Shown: one piece after another, positions 13,126-26,476 of the stretch
Numbering within the stretch: the first letter of the stretch is position 1
Layout of the letters: the number at the start of each line of letters is the position of its first letter
From: Octopus vulgaris
Lineage: Eukaryota
Direction of reading: 5' to 3'
Length of the DNA stretch: 64,000 bases
NCBI GenBank assembly: GCA_951406725.2
Contig: OX597824.1
Coordinates: 34,100,001 to 34,164,000, forward strand
Notes under the pieces: model-generated
The model's database searches: none
Seen by the model: only the letters and a program-made list of their open reading frames with translations
What the model was told of the DNA's origin: nothing
Made by a program: the position numbers and the translations under genes

Positions 13126-14600
13126 GAATATTGAAGACCAATCTCAAGACACTGACGCTTACAAAGATGACTAAGGATAGAGATATCTGGCATATTGCTA
13201 CACTCAAGAAGACCCAGCCAACACAGCAGAATTGATACCAGTGCTGGTGCCACATAAAAAAGCTCCAAGTACACACTGCAGAGTGTGTGGCATTAGGAAG
13301 GACATCCAGCAGTAGAAACCATGCAAGAACAGACAATGGAGCCTGGTGTAGCCCCTTGCCTTACCAGCTCTGGTCAAACCATCCCACCCATGCCAGCATG
13401 GAAAATGGATGTTAAATAATGATGATAATGTCATTGTTGTTGGTTGATCCTCATTATAAATGCTTATACAAATCAATCATAGTAGCTAATCATTAATTAA
13501 TGATAGTGGGATGTGCATAATTAGAGGTTAATATAAAGACCCAAATATTTGTTGCAATCAATCCAATTTTAGGACAAACAATGGAAAAACTAACATTTCT
13601 CTGCTTATTTTTGTCACATTTTTCACTAAAAAATGTTGCATGGAATAATCCCTTTGACCAATTCCTTATGGGTGGAACACAATAATGCTTTTCAAATATA
13701 AAGTTAGTCACATATAAAATAAGTAGCTCTTTAAATCTGGCCTAAACAAGTCTAAACAAAAAAAAGATAGCCTTGGGATATGAACCACAAATAGGATCTC
13801 TTCAAGTAGTGTGCATATAGAACATAGCAACAGCAGCAGCAACAGTAGTAATAGTGGTGGTTGGTGGTATTATTATTTAGTTTTGACAGTTTATAATGCA
13901 AATTTTCAAACAACAAAATTTGTTTACAATAAACTGTTTGCCAACATTCAGATCTTGATACGTAAAAGTAATTTTTGTGTGACAAACTACGTTAATATTG
14001 TTAAACATTACAAAACATAACCAATTTATTTGATAAAATAAATATTTAAATAGACATTGAGCTCTTTAAATAGAGTTGAAGGGAAAAGCTGACTGATAAA
14101 CATTTGCACAATTAAATTTCTAGTTTAGTAATTTTAATTCGATTAGTTTAAGAAGAGTATAATCAAACCATTTATCCAATTGTCTTCTATTCCTGGGAGG
14201 GTTGTAGGGGTCCCTTCTCCATTGAGTATCTCCCATCAGAAGCAGTTGTCATTAGACTTTCCACCTGGATTCCCAAATGTGACCAAGTGAGACTGGATAT
14301 TATCTAACCATTTCATTCTTAGTCTACCCCTACGTCTCTTGCTATTTGATTTGGCCTGAAGAAGATATCTTGTGTTTCTTTCCTGAGGTATTCTAATACC
14401 ATATCCTTAGTACTGGAACTGTGACCTGTCAATATGGAGAAGCAGCAGCTTGACCTGGAGAGACCCACTAATTTCCAAGTTATGCAACCTGTCAAATAAC
14501 GTTGCCCCAGAGACCCTTTGCAGAAACCCCATTTCAGCTGCTTCTATTCACATTCATGCTCTTTCAGTCATCACCCAACATTTATGACTACAGGTGAGGA

Positions 14601-15150
14601 TCATCATCATCATCATTGTCGTTTAATGTCCGCTTTCCATGCTAGCATGGGTTGGCTGAGGGCTGGTGAAACAGATGGCTGCACCAGGCTTCAATCTTGA
14701 TCTGGCAGAGTTTCTACAGCTGGATGCCCTTCCTAATGCCAACCACTCTGAGAGTATAGTGGGTGCTTTTACGTGCCACTGGCACAGGGCCAGTCAGGCG
14801 GCACTGGCAATGACCTCGCTTGAATCTTTTACACATGCCACCGACACAGGTGCCAATAAGGTGATGCTGGTAATGATCCTACTCGAATGGTGTTTTTTAC
14901 ATGCCAACGGCATGGAAACCAGATAGCTGCTCTGGCAACAATCACGCTCGGATGGTGCTCTTAATACCCTACTAGTAAAGGGCTCGAGTGCCAGTAGTGT
15001 GAAGCTGGTAATGATCCTGCTCGAATGGTGCCTTTTAAGTGCCACTGGCACGGAAGCTGGTTAGCCACTCTATCACACTTGTATGGTGCTTTTTGCACCC
15101 CAATATCACAGATACCAGTCATCGAATTTGATTTTGATTTTGATTTTTGA
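14601..15150 (-). mobile_element. Family B retroposon copy with internal ~60-bp subrepeats
   Basis: Same tail as 12577, with repeated (CTCGAA)TGGTG(C/T)TTTT..(A/G)TGCCA units. Confidence 0.75.
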
Positions 15151-15449
15151 TTTATGATAGGCATGCAAATTGAAATGAAGACAGCAAGTTTGGATTTCTT
15201 ACCAACATTTCTTCTGTGTATTGAATGCTAGAACTGGTGCAATACTGTGCCAGCAGTTGCAATTCTCACATCCAATTCAGCCTCCTGCTTCCCACTTGTC
15301 TCAGTCGTGTTCCACTAACATACAGAGTACAAAAAACTTTTTAAATTTCATTTTATTAACTTGCTCTGAAGGTAGAGGAAGTGAACATGGCTTTCCAGAC
15401 TCTCTAAGACTAGTTACATGGAGTTTTGGATTCTTACATTTTCTTACTG

Positions 15450-15506
<57 letters not shown>

Positions 15507-15629
15507 ATGATGATATATCTATATATATATATATATAGGAAGTTAATTATTTAGCTGGTCATTGAGTGGCCAATGGTTTCATATCCTTAAAGTGCTTAGC
15601 CTTATAGACTATTTCATCAGACTCCAATG

Positions 15630-15800
15630 GCTAGACAGACGGACAGACAGATAAATAGACAGATAGATAGATAGACAGACAGATAGACAGACAGAGGCAG
15701 ATAGACAAACAGACAGACAGGCAGATAGACAGACAGGCAGATAGACAGACAAACAAAAAGACAGACAGGTAAACAGATAGATAGATAGATAGTTAGCTAA

Positions 15801-15861
<61 letters not shown>

Positions 15862-15862
15862 C
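15630..15862. repeat. (AGAC)n/(AGAT)n tetranucleotide microsatellite
   Basis: Directly visible. Confidence 0.95.
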
Positions 15863-16782
15863 AAGCAGATTTTTAAATTGCCATCACTTGGTATAAAACC
15901 ACCTCCATCAATGCTACATCCCCACTCAGTTAAGAGCCTTGTCATGCAAGTTAACTTGATGACCTTTCTGGTGCTGGCGTCATGTAAAAAGTACCCAGAA
16001 CAACAGAGATTTTTAATCTATTAGTCCATTAACAGCTCTTGAAATAGCTTCTCTATCTTGTCATCAGAATACAGTGACTGTTTTACATTGTATTTTTTGC
16101 ATATTTTGCGATAGGTTGCCAAGAATCATGAAATACTGTTATAACTGACATTTTCTCATGATGTTAGCATGGATTTATTACAAGAAGCCATCAAAGCAGT
16201 ACACAAAATAAAATTAGATAGAGAAAACATTAGTTGACACTACTACACTGCTGACTGAACCACACTGCATTCTAATGGACCACATAAATGCAAACGTTGA
16301 CTAACTGAAAAATTCCATATATTGCAGTAACTAGTAATATCTCGCAATAGGAAATCCAAAAGATTATCCAGCTGTTACCAGTAGCAGATATGTCTTCTGG
16401 AAAAGGAACGATTCAAACCAAATGAAATAGATACACGTAATTCAAATCCTATCAATCTCACTGAACGGCTTCTTGTGCTAATGAATATAGATTCGGATCG
16501 GATTACCTGTCTTATATCTTATATGTCAGCAGTTCACTCTATTTTCTCACAGTCTACAACAGTCTCAATCTCTTGTTACCTGTATTGAACCAATAATAAT
16601 CAACTTTATTAATGTTATACAATTGTATATATATATATATATATATATATACAAGCAAAATAATTGAGATTCAGATGAATTAGGTGCCTAAGTCGAAGCC
16701 CCAAAAATTAGTGCAGTATTAACCATACAACTTCAAAATAAGGTGAATAAAATCAAAATAAGCAACAGGATATCCAGAGGTG

Positions 16783-16870
16783 ATGCAGTACGACCATTTC
16801 AAATGGCTCCATTTAATTGAACAATGCAATCATTACATCAATTTAAATACAGGGCTATCCTCAGCTGCAT
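16783..16870 (-). ncRNA. Type I hammerhead motif with long stem II
   Basis: Minus strand reads AUGCAG-CUGAGGA-(~57-nt insert containing AUUU..AAUUGA/UCAAUU..AAAU pairing)-GAAA-UGGUCG-UA^-CUGCAU. Stem I AUGCAG/CUGCAU is perfect. Confidence 0.6.
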
Positions 16871-17074
16871 AAATAAATAAACAGAATATATTTAATCAGT
16901 CGGATATATTTGTATAATTTTACTTAAATCCTCTAAGAGGGTAAGAAGACAAAGTCCATGCTTGATTTGAGGTCTTCCACTACCAAACCTCATTATAGCC
17001 AGTTACTTTATACTACTTCAAAATAATCATGACAAGTTTTATGACTATAACCATTATGATTCTGTCATAAAAAA

Positions 17075-17270
17075 AAAACTCCTGAATTTGGTGAGATCCA
17101 GGCCATGATTGAAAATGATCCCGCCAAGTCAATCAGGTCCATCGCCAAGGACATGGCAGTGTCTTAGTTTCTTATCAGGTAGGTATGAGAAAAACTAAAA
17201 ATGTTCAGTATTCCTCATACAAGATAAGAAAGGGCCAATTTTTGTCCCAAGCCATCAAGGACATGAAGAA
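17075..17270 (+). mobile_element. Tc1/mariner-superfamily transposase remnant
   Basis: Translates approximately as EIQAMIENDPAKSIRSIAKDMAVS...YSSYKIRKGQFLSQAIKD (HTH-like), with stops or frameshifts. Confidence 0.55.
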
Positions 17271-17836
17271 AGACTACACTACGGTGGTGATGATGGTGAT
17301 GATGGTGATGATGATGACGATGATGATGATGACAACGATGATGATGACGACGATGAGAGGGGGGAAGGGGAGAGATAAGAGGAGGGGAGGAGGTGACATA
17401 GGAGGATATATGGCTGGCTTCCACTCAGTCTCTGTTTATCAAATTCCTACTCACATGATATTGGTCAACCCAAGACTTCCCCAAGGAGCCACAAGGTGAG
17501 AATAAACCCAGAGCTATGTGGCTTGAAAGGGACTTTTAATCATGCCTGCAGTGAAGAACGGACATAAATGATGATGAGGAGGAGGAGGAGGAGGATGCAG
17601 TTGTCTGACAGAAGAGATATTAATCAATTGAACAAGGGAACATTTTAGAAGTTTCTAGAACAATATCCTTAAAGGGAAAGTCTTAAATTATAAAATATCT
17701 GAATTAACTATTCTAGAAAATATAAGATATAGGCAGGTCTGTCTATACTCTCTATATGTATATGTGTATCTATGAGTATACTTTTATATGTGTATTGTAT
17801 TTGTACCAGAAAATTAGAGTATATATGTACATGTGC

Positions 17837-18235
17837 ATTGGCTCTGGTGCTGGTGGCATGTAAAAACACCAACCAATCATGACCAATGCCAGTACCCACT
17901 GACTGGTTCCTGTGCTGATAGCACATGAAAAGCACCATCCAAACGTGATTGTTGCTAGACCTGCCTTATTGGCTTCTGTGCTGGTGGTACAAAAAAAGCA
18001 CCCACAACACTCTTGATGTGGTTGGCGTTAGGAAGGGCATCCAGCAGTAGAAACCCTGCCAGACCAGAATGGAGCCTGATGCAGCCACTGGCTCTTCAAA
18101 CCTCAGTCAGACCGTCCAACCCATGCCAAAATGGAAAACGGACATTAATTGATGATAATGATGATGGTGGTGGTGGTGGTGGTGGTGGTGGTGGTGATGA
18201 TGATGGTGATGATGATGATGATGATGATGATGATT
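17837..18235 (+). mobile_element. Family B retroposon copy
   Basis: GTGGTTGGCGTTAGGAAGGGCATCCAG...CCGTCCAACCCATGCC...GGAAAACGGAC followed by a (GAT/GGT)n tail. Confidence 0.75.
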
Positions 18236-18956
18236 GGTGTGTTCTTTTGAGGTATCTTGAATGTGTATATATATAAATGCATATACAGGTGTGTATTTAT
18301 GTGTATTCATGAGTACATTCTTTTGAGGTATGTTGAGTGTGTATATATGTATATGCATATTCAGGAATCTGGTTTTTTTGAGTTATGTTTGTATATAATC
18401 ATACTTACTACTGAAGATAAACAATTTCCTCTTTTTTTTTTCTTTCTGTTCATTCAAAATTTCAAAATGTATGCCTAACCTGAATGCCTGTGAATATGAG
18501 TGCATGGGTGTGTCCATATTTGAGAATAATTATTTACAGGTGGAATTGCTCTTTGTTCTCTTCTACTTCCTTAATTTACTCTTTTCTTTCTTTCTTTTTG
18601 TTTTGGTTGAAGCCTTGGATCTTTTAGCTTCCTCTTCAATCCCAGCTTTGTTCATTTAGCACCCTTGATGCCTGACTTTCTGATACCACTTCTATTTTTG
18701 ATTATACCCCTCATCTCCACATCACTTTTTTAAATGTAATTTCTTCCTCATTTACTAACCTGTCACTCATGTTTTATTTTCCTTAATCTCAGACATAGAG
18801 CAAGGCTTGAAACATTAATTCTACATTTCTAGAGGCAAATGAATTCATCATTCTTTTCTACTGACCAGTCAATTTTCAATACAATTTCTTCATATTTGCC
18901 CTAGACTAAAAATAGCACCTGTTGAACCATGTTGAGTTAACTAGGAAACCTCTACA

Positions 18957-19227
18957 TTACTCTTTTACTCTTTTACTTGTTTCAGTCATTTGACCGTAGC
19001 CATGCTGGAGCACCACCTTTAGTCAAGCAAATTGACCCCAGGACTTATTCTTTGTAAGCCTAGTATTTATTCTATTGGTCTGTTTTGCCGAACCGCTAAG
19101 TTATGGGGATGTAAACACACCAGCATTGGTTGTCAAGCAATGTTGGGGGGACAAACACAGACACACAAACATATACACACACAGCCATGTGGTTGGTAAG
19201 CAAGCTACTTACCACACAGCCACTCCT
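18957..19227 (-). mobile_element. Family A SINE, internally deleted
   Basis: Reverse complement of the tail and head of 8821-9244, with the middle missing. Confidence 0.8.
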
Positions 19228-20635
19228 ATACAAATTTTTCATAAACCAAACCCTGTTATATTAGATAAGGAAAGCACATATTGGATAATGCATTCCTATA
19301 TGCCCCTCAAACAATGGATTATCTTAGGTAATAGGTCTATTGATCAGGCTTTGCCTGAGGGTAGTCAAGAATAACCACCTCCTTTCTTACCAACAATACA
19401 AAGTAATACCAAATAAAACTAACCATCCCACTCAACAACAGAATTATGTTGTGCCACGCACAGGAGTGGCATACACACCTCTATACAACATACACATCTT
19501 TACATAACGATCCTATCAACATCCCTGTCACTCATAAAATACAACATAAAATATATATAGATATATTACATACTATGAGTTGTATATACACCTCTATAAC
19601 ATTCCCACAACACACAAAATACATGGAATACAATGCATAAAAATACATTAAAATGCCATTTAGTAGGAGTTGTGTAGCCATCTCTATAACATTCACTTCA
19701 CACATTAAATATATTATCAAGAAAACAATTTGGTCAACACATAAACACTTGTTATATACAAATAATAAACTAGATCAGTGGCAGAAAGCCTTCTTAGCCC
19801 AGCATTTTATAAATTAAATTACCTTAATAATCCTGCTATTTGAAGGGTATACTGTGGATACATATATTTGAATTATAAGTGAATCACACACACACACACT
19901 AGCATTTAGTGTCAGTTTTCCATGCTGACTTTGACAGAAGTTAGCAAGCTGGAAAGCTGCACCAGGCTCCAGTTGTCTGTTTTGATATGGTATCTACAAC
20001 TGGATACCCTTACTAATGCCAACCACTTCACAGAGTGTACTGAAAGCTTTTTATGTCATGTTAGCATGGGTGTTTTTTACATGGTGTACTTTTTATGTGG
20101 CACCAGTACAGGCGATTTTTGTGGACAAGTTTTTAACAAAAAGAAATAGCAGGAAAACTTTTTTCAAAGTCCACCATAGGTCACTATGGAATACCTATGG
20201 TGTGGCACTACTTACATACGAATTCTAGATTACACCATCACAGTGTCAGACCTACCACAGGGGCCTAATATTTTCACAACAAACTACAAAATATACAAAA
20301 ATAGTGCTCTTCATATAATTACAGGTTAAAATCTCTATCAGCTACATGAAATGAGTAAAAAATTACTGGAACAAAATTACAAAAAACTCTAACCCACATG
20401 ACAGCCAAACAACTGCTTCAACAACAGGGACTATTTGTTGTACAAAAGATTGTTGTTGTAGATTGGAACAGGTTTTAAACTTTTGTATGGTTGTTTTAAT
20501 GTCCTCCTTCTACACACTTGCATGGGTTGGATGGAATTAATGAGGCAGATTTTTTTTGTAACTGGATGCACTTCCAGTCACCAACTGCCACCTGTTTCTA
20601 TACAAGGTAATATTTGCCTATGGCCAAACATATTC

Positions 20636-20697
20636 TCATAGAATACTTTCAGAATATCCTCCTCCATGACTGAATAGGTCACCTAGGTAGCAGAAAC
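20636..20697 (-). mobile_element. Short RTE-type LINE remnant
   Basis: Minus strand encodes FCYLGDLFSHGGGYSESI, the F.YLG motif of non-LTR reverse transcriptases. A similar degenerate motif is at ~25010. Confidence 0.5.
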
Positions 20698-20919
20698 CGT
20701 CGTGTTTGTGTATGTGTATGTGCATGAGTAAAAATAACCTTAGTAGTAACCTTCTCGAGTCATACTGACTCATAAGAAGAACCGTCCCAAAAGGGCAATT
20801 TGGGAAACCGTCGTGTTTGTGTATGTGTATGTGCATGAGTAAAAATAACCTTAGTAGTAACCTTCTCGAGTCATACTGACTCATAAGAAGAACCGTCCCA
20901 AAAGGGCAATTTGGGAAAC
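20693..20919 (+). repeat. Exact 111-bp tandem duplication at the LINE 5' junction
   Basis: GAAACCGTCGTG...GGGCAATTTGG begins at both 20693 and 20804. Confidence 0.93.
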
Positions 20920-22885
20920 TTCAGCGGTCCGACTTGCCAGGAGGGAACGTCGGACTGCTGAACGGGAATACAGGTTGCATAAATCAGACACCAACAGGAA
21001 GAAGCGGAATAAATCCTCCAACCATCTCAAGCAAGTGACAAAAAAAGCAGTGCTTGAATTTGAACAGTGCATAGCAGCCAATCCTGACAGCAAGGTTTTC
21101 TGGAAATATGTGCACTCAAAGCAGAGACCTCACTCTCCAGTGGGCCCTCTTCGCAACCCTCACACAAACCAGATCACTGACGACCCCAAGGAATGCGCAG
21201 AACTCATTGCCGAGTGCTATGCAAACATATTCACTGTTGAAAGTCAAAATGTACCATCTTCACCATCACTAACAGCAAACTCCATAACAACTATGGAATT
21301 TACACCTGCAATGCTGCGACGTCACCTTCAAAATAAGCGCAACTATGCCTCCCCTGGTCTCGATGGAGTTACATACCTGCTTCTCAAGCATGGCAGGCAC
21401 TTCCTTTTACACCAGCTTTCTATTTTCTTCCAGTACTGTCTCAACAATGGTGCTACTCCGGAGCAGTGGAAAACTGCCAGTGTCATTCCTCTGTTCAAAA
21501 AGGGCGACCGCACATCACCTGTCAACTATCGCCCAGTCAGTCTCACTAGCTGTATTGCAAAACTGATGGAATCGTGTGTCAGAGAAACACTCTGGAACTT
21601 CTGGAGCTCTCACAGTCTCATCCGACCCTCACAATATGGATTTGTCCCTAACTCCAGCTGCAGTGACCAGCTTGTCGAGTTCCTTGAGGACATTACTCAG
21701 ATTACTGACAGTGGCTCATGGGTGGATGTTGTCTACCTTGACTTTGCTAAGGCTTTCAACTCTGTGCCACACAAAAGGCTTATGGTGAAACTCTCTGCAA
21801 TGGGTGTGGGGGATGACCTTTTTAACTGGTTGAAATCCTTCATCCTCAGCCGAAAGGAGGTAGTCACAGTTCTAGGACAGCACTCTACACCATATGAGAT
21901 GTCATCGGGTGTACCACAGGGATCTGTCCTTGGCCCCCTCTTGTTTGTGGCATACATTAACGACATAGATGCCAATTTAAAGAATGCCACAGTATTGAAA
22001 TATGCAGACGACATCAAGCTGTACCTTGAAATCAAGAGGACAGATCCTGATGTCTACAACTCTTTCCTGCAATCAGACCTAGACACAATGCAGCAATGGA
22101 TCACAGACTGGCAACTGAAACTGGCTGTGGACAAGTGTACCACCATGCATTTTGGGAGAAAAAACCCTGCGTTCACATACTCCCTCCACAACACTGATAT
22201 CAAGAAATCCTCTTGCGAGCGTGACCTAGGCATCACTGTCAGCAGTGATTTGCGTTGGTCAAAGCATATCTCTAAGATTGTCAGGAAGGCCGAGGGTGTC
22301 TTGGCATCACTCAGCAGGTCTTTTGTTAGCCGCTCTCCAGCCATCTATTTAAAACTGTATACAGCTATGGTACGACCACACTTGGAATTTGCATCATCAG
22401 TTTGGAACCCCTATCTTGCACAGAACATTGACCTCCTGGAATCTGTCCAGAGACGTGCAACCAAACGCATACCCTCCATCAGACACCTACCATATTCTGA
22501 GCGCCTTGTTTCCCTGGGCATGGATTCACTGAAGCTCCGGCGTTTGGCGACGGACTTGGTAAACACCCACAAAGTTATCAACCACCTCACCAACAACAAC
22601 ACTGAACACCTTTTTGATCTCCATGTGTCTAACACACGTGGACATGCCTACAAAGTCAGAAAACAATACAGCTCCCATGACTTTCGGAAACATTTTTTCA
22701 CGCTCAGAGTTGCTGAAGCATGGAATAAACTGCCTGCGTCAGTTGTTGACTGCCATGACACTGCATCTTTTAAGGCCCTCATGCTTTCCGAAATCCGCCG
22801 AAACTTCACCTGATTATATATACACTTTAGATGAGTTGTAGTGCACCTGAGCACTGTACACAATTATTATTATTATTATTATTAT
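20880..22885 (+). mobile_element. 5'-truncated CR1-group LINE
   Basis: RT ORF, short 3' UTR with hairpin AGTGC-ACCTGA-GCACT, and a (TTA)n tail at ~22863-22885. No endonuclease domain or ORF1 is present. Confidence 0.9.
20975..22813 (+). CDS. Non-LTR retrotransposon ORF2 reverse transcriptase (N-truncated, uninterrupted)
   Basis: Motifs SPGLDG, PLFKKGD, NYRPVSLTS, QYGF, YLDFAKAF, SGVPQGSVLGPLLF, YADD, RDLGI, VRPHLE, NTRGH..K and FFT.RV...WN.LP are typical of CR1-group RT. The frame stays open upstream to ~20882 (HKKNRPKRAIW) and has no true ATG start. Confidence 0.93.
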   Translation: MHKSDTNRKKRNKSSNHLKQVTKKAVLEFEQCIAANPDSKVFWKYVHSKQRPHSPVGPLRNPHTNQITDDPKECAELIAECYANIFTVESQNVPSSPSLTANSITTMEFTPAMLRRHLQNKRNYASPGLDGVTYLLLKHGRHFLLHQLSIFFQYCLNNGATPEQWKTASVIPLFKKGDRTSPVNYRPVSLTSCIAKLMESCVRETLWNFWSSHSLIRPSQYGFVPNSSCSDQLVEFLEDITQITDSGSWVDVVYLDFAKAFNSVPHKRLMVKLSAMGVGDDLFNWLKSFILSRKEVVTVLGQHSTPYEMSSGVPQGSVLGPLLFVAYINDIDANLKNATVLKYADDIKLYLEIKRTDPDVYNSFLQSDLDTMQQWITDWQLKLAVDKCTTMHFGRKNPAFTYSLHNTDIKKSSCERDLGITVSSDLRWSKHISKIVRKAEGVLASLSRSFVSRSPAIYLKLYTAMVRPHLEFASSVWNPYLAQNIDLLESVQRRATKRIPSIRHLPYSERLVSLGMDSLKLRRLATDLVNTHKVINHLTNNNTEHLFDLHVSNTRGHAYKVRKQYSSHDFRKHFFTLRVAEAWNKLPASVVDCHDTASFKALMLSEIRRNFT

Positions 22886-23199
22886 AAGGGCTGGTTTCCT
22901 GATTTCATGGCATATACGTTTCCCACCCAAATGGGACACTGGTCCAATTGCAGGATTACTTATTTTTGCCAGCTGAATGGATTGGAGCAACATGAAATAC
23001 AGTGTTTTGCTTCATTCTCTGTGTGTGCGTGTGTGTGTGTATGTGCGTATGTGTATGTGTGTGTGCATGTGTGTGTGTGTGTACATGCTCATGCATGTAT
23101 ATAATTATGTACATGATCCATGTCCCACTGTTTATGATGGAAGACAATCCAGTCATGACCATCTGTCTTTTTCTTTTTGTATATCTAAGATTGTTATTG

Positions 23200-23425
23200 T
23201 CCAGTGTGGTGGTGGTGGTGACTGAGGTGGTGATGGTGGTCATGATGGTGTTGGTAATACTCTTACTATCACCTGTGCCAATACCACAACCACCACCACC
23301 ACCACCACCACCAACACCAACACTATCACCAACACTACCACCACAACCACCAACACCAATACTATTACTGTTTGTTGCTGCTGCTGCTGCTGCTGCTTCT
23401 ACATCTGCTACTACCACAACAACAA
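23200..23425. repeat. GGT/CAC/GCT trinucleotide low-complexity tract
   Basis: Directly visible. Confidence 0.85.
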
Positions 23426-24899
23426 AGTACTAAATTTGTTGAAGTCCACTTAAAGCTGTGATAGCAGTAGCACTTAATTACGTATGAGTAGTAACTTAAT
23501 TATATAATTATATATATCATCAGCAGCAGCAGCATCATAATCATACATCCACTTTACATGCTAGCATGAGTTAGATGGGTTCTCAAGTTATTTCTTAAAG
23601 TGGACCACTGTTCTTATTGGTTTGAAATTTTGGCACAAAGCCAGCAGTTTCAGGCTAAGTTGATTACAGTGATCCCAGTGCTCAACTGGTACTTACTTTA
23701 TCAACTCTGAAAGGATGAAAGACAAAGTCAACCTTAGTGGAATTTGAACTCTGAATGCAAAGACAAATGAAATGCTGCTCAGCTGTTTGCCTAGTGTGCT
23801 AACTGTTCTGCCAGCTTGCTGCCTTTAGACTCTGCTCTTATTGACTGATGTTGCTACATGACATTTTGACTTTGTTTCTACAGCTTGATGCTCATCCTGT
23901 CACTGACAACTGTACAAAATGTACTGGGTGTATTTTCCCATGACCCCCAACATGAGAGAGATTGAATAATCCTAAACAAAACAAGACTAATGGGACCTCA
24001 CTGTAATACTTTCTCTGCTCATATGAAACCACCTTACAGTGTGTACTGGGTACATTTTACATGGCACCACCACTAAAAAGACAGTCCTGCCTTACCACTG
24101 AGTGAGTTAGAAGGAGAATGGTGGGTGGGTGGGTAATACCATTGTAGCAACCAACCCAGGATACAGAGTGCCTTGTACACAGTGAATGTATATAATATTC
24201 ATTAACCCTACATGTTCAGATTAAGGAGGATAATAGGAGGTGGAGTAGTGAGAGTAGGATGGCCAGACACAGGTGGCTGAGACTAGGAAATAGGAACATA
24301 TGTTTAAGTATAAAGAAGATTCAATACTCTAAGGTGTGTTGATTTTCTCAGATGACTGAGAATGGGTGTTGGAAAGAAAGAGATAGTCAAATGACATCGG
24401 AAGGACCTGAATAGCTGGGAGGGTTGAAGGAGTAAGAATATGATGGGAAAAAGGCAGGAATATATGGGATTTTACTCAGGAGAGGAGGGAGTGACAACAG
24501 TAGCAGTGAACAAATGTAAGAGTGAGTGATGAGATAAAGACAAGTATAGGTAATAAGTGGCAACAGAGATGGTCCAAAGGTGGGGGAGAGAGGGGGGTTT
24601 GTTAATGGTATAGCAGAGAGAAATATAGTGTATTGGCTAAAAGGATACAGGTAGTGTAAGGCTGATGAAATAGTCCACATAACTAAATCTTTCAGAGATT
24701 TAGAGAGAAGATTTCTAATGTGGAACAGAAACTTAAAACCAAATCTTTGAAGACAAATGTTTTAATTATCAGGAAAGAAAACAAAATACTATGAACATCT
24801 GAGAAGCAGTCAATGTGTAGAAAGGTAGGAATTCCACATGTTGTAGGCATTGTAAACTATTGTTGTATAAATATCATAGTGGAATCACAGGCAGAATGA

Positions 24900-25510
24900 C
24901 AAGGTGGGAACCCTTTGTATATAACAGATGTCAAAGAGTAATTAACAGTCAGAGCACTCATCAAATAAATTATTGTTTCAAATGCTCAGAAGGTTCCATA
25001 GATATAACTGATAGCTTCCCTTACTTAGTTGACAGCTCCAGAAGTATAGCAGACAGAATAAGAACAGGAGTGGTAAAAGTTTAGAAAGCTACTAACTCTG
25101 CAGCCAACAAAGGGATTCTCTCTGTGAGTGAAGGATGGGTTAAATCACACTGGTATATAAAGTACACTATTGTATGGTTGAGCAATTAAGATCTTGAATG
25201 TGGAGATATGAGAAGGCTGGAGCAAAATAAGATGAGCGTTCTCTCCTGGATGTTAAATGATGGAGTGCAGAAAAGTCAAGGGGAAAACTAGATACATGAG
25301 TAATTACATGTTATGTGTAAGGAGACTTTTACTCTAACATGAACATGTGATATGTATGGAGATTGAGAATGGGTTAAAAAAACTGTCAAGTGATCTGATT
25401 CAAAGGAACTTGTGAAAGAGAGAGGAAGAAGTAGTGAGGGCTGAACTTATGATGCTGAACTTTACAAAGATGCTGAGTAATCACAAGTGGTGAGATGTTC
25501 TGGAGAAGGC
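24900..25510 (+). mobile_element. Highly decayed RTE-like LINE 3' remnant
   Basis: DSFPYLVD...SIADRIRTG resembles the F.YLG...RI...W region of RTE ORF2. Many stops. Confidence 0.45.
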
Positions 25511-25661
25511 TCATCCAGTAAGCATGAAAAATAAAACAGATGTAAAACTGATGATGGCAATATATGTAGTATATATATAAATATGAACTATCATATGTAT
25601 ATGTGAGGGATGTGTGTGTGCACATATGTATATGCACACACGCATATATATATATACACAC

Positions 25662-26424
25662 ACAAAGGGATACCCAAAAGTAAACGGAAACATTCTCTGT
25701 GGGACAAGCCCATTGTAGTTCAAACTTCCACTGCTAGAAGCTACTTGATGTGACCCTGTGGCATCAGTATGCATCTAGTGGTGTCATACTGCCATGTAGT
25801 GTGTCTTTGTTTTGCAGTGCTCCTCTCCTGTCTGTTGATTTTTGCAATGGCTGAAGTGAAGGAACAGTGTGCTTCTATGAAATTCTGTTTTCTACTGGAG
25901 AAAACAGTGGCCAAAACAGTTGTCATGCTTCAAACAGCTTACAAGGACGCTCCTATGACCAAAACACAAGTTTATGAGTGGTTTCCACACTTTAGGAATG
26001 GTTACTTGAAGACTAACCTCATTCAGGATGACTGTCGACCTCCCAAATGAATGAAAGCATCATGAAAATCCATAAACTGATCTTGGAGGTCTGTCATTGA
26101 ACAATTGACGAAATGGTTGGTTATGGCTGGTGTATCCTGGAGCTCCTGCCAACGAATTTTGAGAGAGGAATTGCAAATCAAAAGAGTTGCAGCAAAATTT
26201 GTGCCTCTCTTGCTCATGGAAGATCAAAGGTAGTCATGACTGAATGTATTGTGAACTGACAGAACAGTTGGAAGTTTATCCAGACCTCATTTTTGAAGGC
26301 CATCACTGATGAAGAAAGCTGGTGCTACAGATTTGCTGATATTGAAGAGGTGAAGAAAATAAAAACGACAGAGGCATTAAAAAGCATCACTTCACAAGTG
26401 ATGTATATATGTATGTATATACAT

Positions 26425-26476
<52 letters not shown>

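Noticed and set aside
22956-23433. Gly/Thr/Pro-rich ORFs resembling a membrane or mucin protein
   Set aside because: Derived from GGT/CAC/GCT simple repeats with no splice or homology support.
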